From the NCBI GenBank assembly GCA_028534125.1, contig CM052844.1:682001-746000 (forward strand): a stretch of DNA of 64,000 bases, given 5' to 3'. The position numbers and the translations under genes were made by a program. The stretch is from Lama glama (Eukaryota). The first letter of the stretch is position 1. Every line of letters starts with the position of its first letter. The notes beneath the pieces are model-generated. The model made no database searches. It was not told the origin of the DNA and saw nothing but the letters and a program-made list of their open reading frames with translations. This document shows positions 10,581 through 23,000 of this stretch, in pieces.

Positions 10581-13500
10581 CTTGAGGTTGCCCTTGGTGG
10601 TGAAGGCTCTCCCACAGACACTGCAGCCGAACGGCTTCTCCCCGGTGTGGGTGCGCTCGTGGATCTGCAGGGCGCTGGCCGACGAGAAGGTCTTCCCACA
10701 CGACTGGCAGTTGTGCTGCTTGGGCGTCCGGCGCGGCGGGGGGGCCAGCATGGGCGCGAGGCCGGGGCTCATCACCGCCTGGGGCCCCGCGGCCACCTGG
10801 ACCGCGGCGGGCAGCGGCGGGCCCTCACCCAGCGGGACGGCCTTGCTGTGCCCGTTCACTTCCATTTTGATCATGGTGGGTGCGGAGCCAGGGACCAGGC
10901 TGGGGGTGCTTTGGCTGGGACCTAGAGCAAAGTTGGGGTCAAGTAACTGAGAAGGCAGCTCCCTCAATCTGTGGGTCAGTAAGTGCTGTTTTAAATTACC
11001 CAGGGTGGAGCAGCCGCGCCCGCAGACCGCGCAGACGAACGGCCGCTCCTTTGTGTGGCTGCGGTGGTGGATCTCCAACGCGCTCCTGCAAGCAAAAGGC
11101 TTGGCACAGACACGACACACAGTGCTTGCACACTTACCCCGTTCTCTGCCCAGGAACAGCAGGCTAAAGGGGGCCTCCTCCTTGACGGCCGGCCGGCTGG
11201 GGTGCATGGCCGTCAGGTCCAGCGCCCCTCCGTTCTCGGGGGCGGGGGGTGGGCTGTCCGGCCGCTCCGTCTTCAACGGAGTCTCCTGGGGCTCGTCCTG
11301 GGCGCTGAGGCCCGGGGACTTGGAGTGCGGGCTCTCGCTGGCACTGTGCAGGGGTGACAGGGCCTGCATGGAAGAGGACGACTCGGAAGGGGCCGGGCTG
11401 CCCGCGCTGCGGCTCTCCAGGTCGCCCACGGCGGATGAAGAGTCGTTGCTCAGTCGGTCGCTCTCCCCAGACCCGTTCTCCATGGACTTCAGGGCGGTCA
11501 GCTGCGGACAGCTCATGACGGAGTCCATCATCTTCATCTGGTTCTCCAGCGCCGCGATGCTGGAGATGACAGAGGGCGGTGAGGGTGGGCAGGAGCCCGA
11601 GAAGGCCAGCAGGGGCTTGGACGGGTCGCCGGCCGCGTCCTTCAGCTCGGCGTCCTCCTCCAGGGAGTTCTCGTCCATGTCCTCCTCGTAGGCGCTCAGG
11701 GCCTCGGCCGCCTTCTCGTCGAAGGGCAGCTCCGCGTCCATGGCGTCCTGCAAGCCCTCGGGCAGCGGCGTGTTGGGGATCTGCCCGCCCATGTGCATGC
11801 GGATGTGCTGCTGCAGGACCACTGCGTTGGTGAACTTCTTCTGGCAGATGGGGCAGGAGTGCTGCACCCGCAGGGGCGGCTTGGCTCGGTGGACCCCGAA
11901 GTGTGTCTTCAGGTTGCCCTTGGTGGTGAAGGCGCGCCCGCAGATCTTGCACTTGAAGGGCCGCTCGCCCGTGTGCGTGCGGTAGTGCATCTTGAGGGCG
12001 CTCTGGCAGCTCAGCACTCGGTGGCAGATGACGCACTGGTTGGGGTCGGTCATCTTCTTGTCGATGTTCTCCACCAGCTGCTGTAGCTTGGAGGTCTCTG
12101 ACGTCTGCATAGAGTCCAGCAGCCCTCCGAAGGGGAACTTGGCCTTGAACTGGTCGGAGCCGGCTGGGAGGACTGGGCTGCAGAGGCCTGTCGATATGCT
12201 GCTGTCTGTGAGCGAGGGGGCCACCACCGTGGAGGTGGCGGGGGCGTCTCCCGCCCTGGCGCTGGCGCCAGGCAGGCTCCCAGGCTCGGCTTTGGTCAGA
12301 GAAGAGCTACCAAGCACCGGCTGTGGGGACACGGCGTTCACTGGGACGCCCGACTCGGAGCTGTTGAGGCCCGGCGACAGGGAGGCGCATTCGCTGGACG
12401 CGGGCGAGGGCCGCTGCGGGGAGCGGCTGGCCGGGGTGAGGCTGGGGGAGTCGGCGAAGCTGCCGACACTGGGGAGAGTGGGTGGAAGCTGCAGCCCGAC
12501 CGACGTGGGCACGGTGGGCAGCACCGGCTTGCTGTCCAGCCAGGTGGTGACCGGCTTCTCCGGAGGCAGCGACATGCCGTAGGGAATGCCGGAGCAGGTG
12601 GGCACGTTGTCCAGGTACTCGGGGACGGGGTAGGGGTTCATCTGGATGTGGGGGTACTTCTCCTTGTGCCTCTGGAAGTGGACCTTCAGGTTGCCCTTTG
12701 TGGAGAAGCGGTTTCCGCAGATGTTGCACTTGAAGGGCCGCTCGCCCGTGTGGGAGCGCAGGTGGATCTGCAGGGCACTGTCGCTCCCAAACACCTTGGC
12801 ACAGAACCTGCACTTGTGCTTGAAGAAGGGGTCCTCGGCGCTGGCCTTGGGCTCAAACACTGACACGTTGGGGGGCTTGCCCTTGCGGTGCTTCATGAGG
12901 GCCGACAGGGGGTCCAGCGCGTTGGCCGTGGCCGCGATGCTGACCAGCGGGTTGGGGAAGATGACGCTGCTGGCCGAGGTCTGAGGTAGAAGTGGGCTGG
13001 GCAGGCCGGGGGCTGAGCCCAGCAGCGGTCCCGGCCCCAGGGCGGGGGGCGTGTTCTGCGGCTGCGAGGTGGCGCTGCTGGAGGCGCTGGCCGCGGAGGA
13101 GGGGGCCGCGGAGGCCGGGGCTGCGCCGGGGGCCGCAGGGCCGCTGGGCTCGGGGGCGGAGGGGCCCCCGCCGGGGACATGCGGGGCACCCACTCCGGAC
13201 GCCGGCTGTGGCAGGTGCGGGGCGCCCTCGAAGGCCGGGGGCGGGGCGGCGGGGCCGGGCACGGTGGGGCCAGGGGCGGCCCCTGGGGCGAGCTGCAGGC
13301 CCGCGGGCGTGGCCGGCCCCGGAAGCTGGCTGGAAGCCGGCCCCGGGGCGCTTTGAGCCCCCGGGGCCGCCCCGGGGTTCAGGGGTGGCCTCAGAGGCTG
13401 GCGGTTCATCATGGCCACCTGGCTGCGGATTTGCTCGATGAGCTGCAGCTGGTGGATCTGCTGCTGCTGCAGGGCCATCAGCTGCTCCAGGATCACGGGG

Positions 13501-14059
13501 ATGGCCACCGCCGCCACCCCAGCGCTGGATCCCACCGCGCCTGCAGCCCTCGCGTTCTGGGAGAACTGCGCCACGGCCACCTTGGTGCTCAGCAGCGTCT
13601 CCAGCGTCACGTTGGTGTTTGGCATGCTGTACGCGGCCGCGGGGGCCGGTTCCGCGATCTGAGGTAGAGGCGGCTTCCCTGCGTGCGAGGGGCCTGGGCT
13701 CTGGAAGCTTCTGTCTGAGGAGGGTCCCACCTCCATGGGCTCGTCCTCCCTCTCGGGGGCCCTCACCTCCCCGCCCTCCCCGCCTTCCGCGGGGGCTGCC
13801 TCCTCGGCAGCCTCGCTCTCCGTCTGCTCGCTGGGAGAGCTGGCCGGAGAAGGTTCCGGAAAGTCCTCGGAGGGCGGGGCCGGCCCATCTTCGCGCACGA
13901 TCAGCACCGGCGGGTTCTTGGTGCAGGCCTTCTTGTGCTCCAGGAAGTCCGTCCACTTGAAGAACTCGGCGCAGCACTTCTCGCAGACGCTGGTGTCCTC
14001 GCCGCCGCTCCTGCTCTCGGCGCCGCTGTCCGCGTCCTCGGCGCCCTCCCCGGGGACGG
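10581..14059 (-). CDS. SALL3: SALL3 coding exon 2 (3479 nt): N-terminal C2HC finger, Q-rich dimerisation helix, zinc-finger clusters 1-3 and most of cluster 4
   Basis: ORF 14072-10131 encodes [11 protein letters not shown] (C2HC), [25 protein letters not shown], and paired C2H2 fingers with TGERPF/TGEKPF linkers and SAL boxes ([16 protein letters not shown]). Acceptor is ttgctttctccag|CC at 14060/14059 (phase 1). Donor is AAG|gtgagg at 10581/10580. The sequence resembles SALL3 more than SALL1/2/4 (from recall). Confidence 0.96.
10922..11137 (-). other. SALL3: In-frame 216-nt exitron (alternatively spliced internal intron) within exon 2
   Basis: Donor GGG|GTAAGT at 11137, acceptor ctttgctctag|G at 10922, branch-like TTGAC with A at 10939, length 72 codons. 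Confidence 0.75.
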
Positions 14060-17000
14060 CTGGAGAAAGCAAGACATTACATCAGCCCCGCGCTCGCGAG
14101 ACAGCCCGCCCTCCACGTCAAAATTTTGCACATAAGTAAAATCAATATTTTTTATTTTGTACAAATTACCCCACTTCAACACTTCTGACGTCCCGGCGTG
14201 TGTGTCCTATGACTCTTTCTAGCTAGCTAATCATTTTCTTAGCACAATCCATCAAATTATGAGGCTCCATCAATTGTGGATACTGCTTCTTAATGAAATT
14301 CCATAGAAGCCATTGATTTCCAATATTTTCATACAATCTGCAGCCGCCCTGTCTGGTGGGTACAAAGCCAGCTTTCGACGGGCTCATTAGGATTCCCCCT
14401 CCATCGGGCTTCCTCATTTCCAGCAAAATTAGAGATGCCTTTGCCAGTTCACTTAACATCGCTAAACTAATCTGTAACCTTTCAGACTCACGTCAGCACC
14501 TGCTGGGGGAGCCGGCCGCGGCCACCCGCACGGGCTGGGGCCTCGGAGATTTATTCTCTTTACGCAGCGCGGAGACGCTGCAGATTAAATGCAACTCTCC
14601 AGAACCTTTCAAATCAACTGGCATTTATTTCATGTAGGAAATTTCAGCTAAATACTTCCATTTGCAAATATAACAAAGACTGTAGACGCACTTCCTACAT
14701 TTCTGCTCAGAAAAACCATCTCCCGGACTCGGAGTTCGAGCAACAAATCAATCCTGCATCTTCTCACTGCCGCGCCTTCCTGCAGACAGGGCGCACCGCT
14801 ACGTTTCAGGATTTGCCCGATGAATACCATCAATATAGTCTGGGCCTAAAATTAATCATGTTTAATACAATTAATTGGCTCTGTCAGATGCAATATTTCT
14901 TGGCAAAATGAACCAAAATTATATGTTAGTGTTACCAGCCAATCGTGTTCTGCAGATTGTTAACAAACTAGAAATTATATATTTAAAGCTCATTTATGTT
15001 GACATGTTTAACATGAGAACGTTGTAGTCAGGCACTTTTTGTACCTATTTTCATCTGTTCTCATAGAAAGACTTAGCAAATTACATGCTTGTACCATAGT
15101 GGAAAACCCTCTAATTGGTTACACATGTTTAATTACTGTTGTAGGCAGCGACTTCCTCTCTCCCTTACCCTCTTGTGCCGAATAACAACCACGTTTAATG
15201 AACAATTCTAATTCACACCTGATCAAATAAATGGCGATACAAGAACGAGCAACGAACATACGATAACATTTCTAGCTCCTGCTTCTCTGGAAGCCGGGGT
15301 GACAGGCAGTGCTCCGAGTGCTGGCTGGACAGCACGGACCTGCAACTGCTTCTTGTCAACTTGCAGATGGAGCGACGGCCATGGATCTGCCTGAACAGAG
15401 ATGAATGACAGCTGGAAACCAGCTCTTTGTAGCCGTGCATGGTTGAGGGTAAGAGCCACACACCCTCAGCTCTGCGTCCCCGGAAATCCTTTACCGTTAA
15501 CACACCAACAAATGGATTTGCTGAGCAGCCTCTGTGTTTCCTCTTTTAGGGTTTTAGGAAAAGAGTAATTCGGCCCTGATGTCAGTAGAGAAATCTGACT
15601 TTTAAAAAATATCCTGTGAAAAATATTTAGTCCCTCCACTGGAAAAGAAAACAGAAATCTTTTTCTAGGCTAGCTGGCTGTTCTCCGTGAGGCCGTCCTT
15701 TCCAGGTAATTTACACAGGCCTTTGAAAAATTATTTGCAGAGTTCAATTAGCATTTTCGTAACTGGCTAAACCATTTGAAGGGGAAAGAAGTTAGAGCTT
15801 GCATCCCATAAAGATCTGCTAGACTTTTAAACTAAATTCAGTGCTGAAGATCAGACTGCAAGAAGTCTCATTACTGTATGCAGGGAGGGGTGTAATAGGT
15901 GTCTGTAATGAGGTTGACTATAGCTGGGAGCAAAGACGCAGCTGATTCATGCTGCAGATAGGAGCATTAACGAAATAAATACTCGGAGTACTTAACTTTG
16001 CTCAGTGTATGCAAAACCTAGTCTTAAACCTGCTAAGGTTATGCAACAGGGCAGGAGAAAACCCCTAAAACCTTCAGGCAAATAATTTATTAATGACTGA
16101 TAAGAAATACGGGCTTTCTCAAATTCTAGTTACGTATTTTAAAAACTATCACACGATGCAAAGAATCTCTACTTTTAAATTTCTTTGTAATAGTGGAACA
16201 TTCTTTTGCAGACCCACATGTTTGAAAAAGCTTAAGTGGCCATTAAAAAAAAGTTCATTTGCTTTAAGCAATCGGGCTGGAATCAATGCTATACTACATT
16301 ATAACTAGTATAATTATAACTAAACACAGAATATTCTAAAAGTTCTTTTTTTTTTTTAATACTTTAAGGGTATGATATAGAAGGCCTGCCATAATCTTCA
16401 GAGATTTTTAATTTTAATGCTTCCCAAAAAGAAAAAATACCAAGGAATCAAATATTGCCAATTTCTTAAAGTATTATCTACCTTTAACACCTTAGAGAAG
16501 GTAAAAGGTATAACTCAAATGGCATACAAAAAGCACTCACGTGATATATACAGTTATAATTTTATACAATTAAACAGTGTATCTCTTATCCAAAGAATGC
16601 TTTTTCTTCACATGGAATATATGGTAGGGACAATTCACTGTGAAAATGCCTAAAAGTTAGGCTAATTTCTGGATCTTTTAAAGTGTGGTCAGTGATGGAA
16701 GAATTATCTTACTTAACTGTGAATAAATTTTATCTTTACAAATGAACATTTCACAGATTTTCTTTGTAACAGCTATGGCATGTGCGAGGAAAATACTTTT
16801 ATTTTACACTATCCTTTTGTCAAAGGTCTTAAGCAACCCAAACAAATCTCTATTTACTCTAAAGACACGTTTTTACATTTACATTGGTTTTTTCATGTGT
16901 TAAGTATTTGGGGTTCACCTCCAAATCCATGGAAGTTGGGAAATGTCCCCACAGGTGACTTCCTCCTTCTCCCCCAGGCAGGTTTGCAAAATTACAACTG

Positions 17001-20000
17001 CTTCTCAATTTGTTTCTCAAAGCTGCATAGAATATTTAAGCACTTTCTACCAAATAATAAGTCATTTTGTTTAGTGCAATGGTAATAAATAATTACCTAA
17101 ACATAATGAAGATATTCTTGTCAAAGTGAAATAAACTTCCACTTGCATTTCTCTAAAACTGAAGAAGGAAAGTAAAATTGAAGAGAGGAAATTGGATAAA
17201 AATGGCATTCTGACCATTGGGACCTGTTAGCTCATTATGTTAACGAGCCTAACAAAACAGACAATTGTTGGATTTTATAAGCACAGTTTTATAATAATTT
17301 GCCTTTTGACTAAGTCATATTTTAAAAACTACAATTAGTGAAGGAACACAATTCTTCAGTACAACTCGGATTTCTTAGCTGGGGCAAATAATTCAGAATC
17401 ACCGACTGTAACTTTTCTCTTCGGGGTCTGCCTGAAATTCCTTAACTCGATCACTTCAGTGGTTATTTCCCCCGTCTCACTACCAACACCCGAGTGTGAT
17501 TATCACGCCACAAGAGTTACAGAGAAGCACAAATTTCATAAGATAGTCTGAGCACAATGAATACAAATTTAAAACCTTGAATATTTCGTGTAAGGAACTG
17601 AAATTTGGGGTGCACATACAAGAGCGTTTTTGAACAACAAGCCCTTCAGCTGGGCTGGTTGCAGCAAAGACCCGAACGCGCCTGCTTCACTAGAGAGAGC
17701 CCTTCAGAGGCAGCGAGACAGCACTGAGCTGAGGGTGGAAGCAGCGACTCCTGCTGCCTTCAGGCCCGTGAGATGCGAAGTGAGTGATTACAACTCGCTT
17801 GGATGGCTGCTCTCCTGACAGCGGCCACACGTGTCATGCTACGGTGTGGACGTGCGAATCTGGATGTGTCTGTCTTCTAAAAAGTGTTTTCTACAGCAAG
17901 GAAACCCGCATGGGAAAAACGTGAAAGCAGCTGTTTTATATGGCTTCCAGGGCCCTTCACTCCTGCCACTGCTTTAAGCCGGGGTTATGTCGGATTCCAC
18001 TGTGTTCAACTATCTTTTCATTAAATTTACATTTTAAACTGGCCTTTGCATTCTAAAAATAGAAGTTATTACATCCATTAGCTAATCCGGCTTCACAATT
18101 TTTGTTTCAAGGTAAAACCATGTCAATGAGCCACTGTAACAACGTACGAGGTTTGAGAAATTTATTTCCAATGCAATTGGAAATTCTTTCTTTCTTAAAG
18201 GGGGCCCTGAAAAACAAGCATTATCAACAGTACCATTAATGTCAAAGTCATTTACTTTTTGCATACTGGCTGGGCCAGGACTAAGAGACTTCAAACTATG
18301 AACAGGCGGGGCGTATGGGGCACGAGGGTTATGTCGGACCTCGTGGGGAAAGATGCCAACCAGTTCATCCAGTGACAGAACCTAAGCGAGAGCCTTCCCT
18401 CCCTGGTTAACAGGAACGTCCGGTCAAGGTTCCTTTCTGAAAGTGCCACGCGGATCTGCTGGATTCGGCGGGTATCAGTCTGAAGAAGCAGCTGTCATGG
18501 AAATAACTCAACTTTGCTAATTAACGTCAAACGCGTACCAGTGGTGGCTGCAAGCCGGGCATCTGTCTTCCCAAACGCCGTCAGGAGGGGAGGAAAGCAG
18601 AGGGGCTGGAAGATGGAGCTACTTCCGTATGCGAGGAAATGTGCAATTAGTCTGCAGCCATCCCCGCACTTACTGTTTATGCTTGAGATTTTCAGGGTTT
18701 CTAATTCTCTCACCGTTCGAACATTCTCAAGGGGCTGCAGGTTTCTCGGTGCCACAGGAGGGGCCCAGGTCCTGCGGCCTTTTAGAGAGGCCTCTAACCA
18801 AAGGCGAGCTTCAGCGTCAGTCTTCAAAGTACTTGTTTTTTTTTCTTTTTTTCTCCTTCTCACTAATAAAAATCACAGAGAATGTTTAACAAAAATGCTC
18901 CTATTCTTAGGATAAGGCTCTGGGTATGAAAGGACCCCCCCCCCATTTCACTTCTCTCTCTGCTCCAATTCTGGTCTGTGATCGATATTCACCTATCTCA
19001 CGTCTTCATGGCCTGCAAAAGTATATGTGGGTGTCTTCGGCCTTGCAGGACATTTCCACTCACGAAGAGCTTTTTGAAGCTACAAGTGAAAAGCATCCTT
19101 GTAATCTCATAAGAATGTTTGAGACCCAATGCTTGCTGTAAAAATTTCAAACTGCAGTTCTCAGCAAGGCTTCCTTCACTCTCCCCTTCCAGGAGGCAGT
19201 GCCTTGTAAATAAGTAACCGATTACAAAGAATGGTAAACAGGGGTTCGATAATCCTGTTTATCAACCCCAAAAGCTCACCTTTGTTTGGCTACACTTCTG
19301 GTACATCTTTTTAATTCTTTACAATTAACAAAAGCAAAACTTGTTCCTTATGGGAAAAGGGATGTTAACTTCTCCACTTTAATTAGTAACTTTAAAAGGC
19401 CACGTGGGTCCTGAGGAAAGGAAAACGTACTTTCTCCCTCACCTCTTCCATCCCTTAAAAATCTAGGAAGCGGGTTTTTTTTTTTCCTCCCAAGTTTTCC
19501 CAAATTGTNNNNNNNNNNNNNNNNNNNNNNNNNNNNNNNNNNNNNNNNNNNNNNNNNNNNNNNNNNNNNNNNNNNNNNNNNNNNNNNNNNNNNNNNNNNN
19601 NNNNNNNNNNNNNNNNNNNNNNNNNNNNNNNNNNNNNNNNNNNNNNNNAACAATGTAGTAGGAATTCCAGACGCAACAGAAAAATCTTGTCCTCTTTCTA
19701 GACCTCCACGCGTGTGTGTTCGGAGCCGGACAGCGGAGGGCGCTCCTGCCCCGCTCAACGCCGCGCTGACCCGCAGGCTGGCTTCCGCTGACTCGGTGGC
19801 CCACATCTCAAATTTGTTAAGTAACGACCACCTGTGGCACAGTCACCAAACGTCTTCTGTCTCAGACATTCGCGGGTTCTCATCTGTGTGGTGAAGCACC
19901 AGGGAGGGAAAACACTGTTTCCTTTATGGACACGCGCAGATGGAAAGCAGCCACAGCATCCGCTTGTCTAACCATCCGCCCCGATGCTGCATCAAATAAT

Positions 20001-23000
20001 AAGATGCTTGTTACACTTCAAGGTTGCACAACAGCCCTTTCATTTAGATGTTGTGCTGTAATCACGCTTACGATGTGTACGCATCTATCACTATCTGCGC
20101 CCAACGAAAAGCACGCAAACGCGAAGCGCGTCGGCCAACGCAGCTCCCATCAAAACCTGGGGAAGGGAACAAACCAGGTTTGTGCGGGACCACTTTCGGT
20201 TAAGATGTGGAAGTTTAAACGCAGACCTGACACGTGAAATTAAAGGTGCTGCCTCATGAAACGCCCACATGGAAGTGCCTGTGGTCCTACCTCCACACCA
20301 GCCACTTTTCAAATCCACTGTGAGTGAAAGTAAGTAAGCAAGCAAAGCCACTTAGAGCATCACCCCGGGTCTGAATGGCCCCGGAGCAGCACGAACCGCG
20401 TGGTGTCCAGGAACAAGGCTCCGATCCCCGGTAGCCGTCGGACTGCTTTGCCCCAGGGGTTGGGTTCCTAAATCATCTCCGTTATTTGTCACTACTTCGC
20501 CTCACCGTTCCATCACTGTGGGTGAGGTTTGCACATACACACAGAATCATCCAGGAAAAGCCCTGCCCTGGGTGGGTGAAGCCAGGGCTCTGCATGTGCG
20601 CAAGTTCTACGATCGAACGACCAAACAGTGCTGAGCGGAGGCTGCTCCCGGAGAGGACCAGGGACGCCGGCGAATCAAGACCAAGTGCCACGGCACCTGC
20701 AGGGCTAATTAAACAGTTCAAGATGTAACAGCCGCACAAAAGGGAACGGGTCTCTCTCCCTCTCTGAGGACGGCAAACACTTATGCTGAACGAGATAGAT
20801 GGGCATTTGATAAATTGAGCAGCACCGAGCAAACTCCGAGGTCCCCAGTCCACGCGCAGCGTCAGCTTCAACACTTAACAGAACACTGTCTGGTCCTGTC
20901 GCCAAGGTCAACAGCACAGATGCACTAATTGTATTATGAGCTTGACATCTAGTGGCCGCCCTGGCAGGGCAGAGCAGGCAGAGGTTAAACCAGCAAGGCC
21001 GTCCCAGCACTGCAACCACCCACCTTCAGGGAGAGCAGGTGGAGCTCCCAGCACTCACCACCCCACCTTCTCAGCCCTCAGACCATAGGGCTGGGCGCTG
21101 AGTTGGCTGTGTTGGCCGAAGGCTTCCTGGGAACACGGAGGGGGAGGGGTCCTGGATGGTAAGCATCACTAATCTGGGGCGCCTGGGGAAGACAGGCCCA
21201 CGGGGGCAGAGCTGGACACTGCACTGGCATCCTCGGATCTCTTCGGTGGACTGTGGTTCATTCTGAGAACAATTCCCTTTAATTAGCAAACAAATCAGTC
21301 CTCATCTCTAACACAAGTAGAGCCCGTTCCATTATCCTATTATTTCAATTAATACTTGACACTTTCTGTAGTGTGACTTGCCTTATCTGTGTGCTTGGGC
21401 ATCACACAGACAGCTAGCTGCATTTTAGATCATCAGTGTGTCCAAACTGCAAGAGAAAAACCCAAGGACAGGGCTTTTTTAAAAATACTAAAGTTTATTT
21501 AAAGTTATAGGCAAACATTCAGTTTTTACACAGATTTCACGTATGTCTGATTTCCTATGAAGCGTGGCGCAAGTTCACACGTGCTGTAATTACAAACCTG
21601 TCCCACCAGTGGGGGAACTGGCTCACATCCTCCCGAGACTAAGATGCGCTGGTCAAGAAACCAGCAACTGGTCAAGAAACCATGCAGGAAAATGGAAACT
21701 AACAAAACAACAAACCCCTTCCAGTTAAAAGTATTATTTAAAAACTATGCTTCTTGAAACGATTTCTAGCATTAAAAGATGATGCATAATCTCATCAGTT
21801 AAGAAGCCTTTTATTTTACTTAAATAAAATACTTAACATTTAGGGATGCTTAACATTTAAGGATGCTGGCGTTCAGTACACAGAATGGAAACCTTGGTTG
21901 TACCCTTGCTGAATTCCCCCCTAAAGAAAATGTTCTTAGAGCTACGATGGGGTGAATGGCAAAGCCTCTTAGAGATTGTAGTTGGAAATGAAATCTGACC
22001 CACTTTTGCCTGCTTTTGCCATCATCGTGTATACAAAAAATAATCAGCTTGCTAAGTAATTCCTGCTGTGGGTCCATGCCTTCTCCTTTTGCTGGCCCTG
22101 GACAGATCTAAAAATATTGGATTATGCATACACTGTGGAAGTTTAAAATGTGTCTAAAAATCCTTTAACGGTTACATAATCAACTCTTTCTCTTAATTGG
22201 CCTGCTTTTTGTTGGCTACCAAATTCTGCATTTTTAAGTAGGTTAGCTTTTTAAATGTCATTTTGAAAATAAATGTCTGCAAATTCCTCTTTTCACCCCT
22301 CCCCCACCCCTGCTTAACTTACTCCTTACCTTTCATGTTTCAGAGAACAATCTGCCTGCGGATGTTAGAAAGTGGCTTCTGTATTGTTTCCTTTTGGAAT
22401 GCTGAATTGTAAGTGTGTGAGTGAGCGCGGGGAGCACTAAAGGCAAACCATGCACATACAGATAAAAGAAAAAAGGTCTCCTCACCCAGGGCTGGGGGCC
22501 TTCTCCCCCTTAATTTAAACACAGCCTATGAATGCCACTGGTAAATTCTTAAATCACAGGATCACCACGTCTAAAAGGATTTTAGAGATAGCCATGTAAC
22601 TGTAAGTTGGCAGAAAACAGAAACAAACAAAATACAGGGTAGCAAATTGCTTTAAATCACAATATCCTTTTGTAAAACCTTCCTTAAATCCATCTTTTCT
22701 AACAACAACAATAACAACATCTTCCTTAAGTTGTACTTCACCTGATAAAGGACAGCAATTATGTGCCTTTAAAGCTCTTCGTAGGAGTGTTAAGCAATGT
22801 CTGGTCATCAGAAGTTTTACTTAATTTTTCTTAGAACAGAAATATTCAGCTGGCTCACAGGATTTCATTCTTGGTGGCACACATTTAATTAACTGAATCC
22901 TAAGGCTGCATCCCATTTATTTTTAAATTTTCAGAAACAGGAAGGAAATAATTTTCAATTTTAAAAGATAGTGCCTATTGGGAATTAAGTTCAGCCTCAG

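Noticed and set aside
13623-13670. Possible internal acceptor (CTACCTCAG|ATC) with a downstream in-frame ATG at 13625
   Set aside because: Weak pyrimidine tract and out of frame with exon 1; no further support.
11005-14139. Long antisense and alternative-frame ORFs overlapping exon 2 (e.g. 374 aa, 290 aa, 228 aa)
   Set aside because: Expected shadows of a GC3-rich coding exon; no recognisable domains.
17982-18338. 13-mer GGGTTATGTCGGA repeated 344 bp apart
   Set aside because: A nearby 13-mer match is plausible by chance in 64 kb, and the flanks share no similarity.
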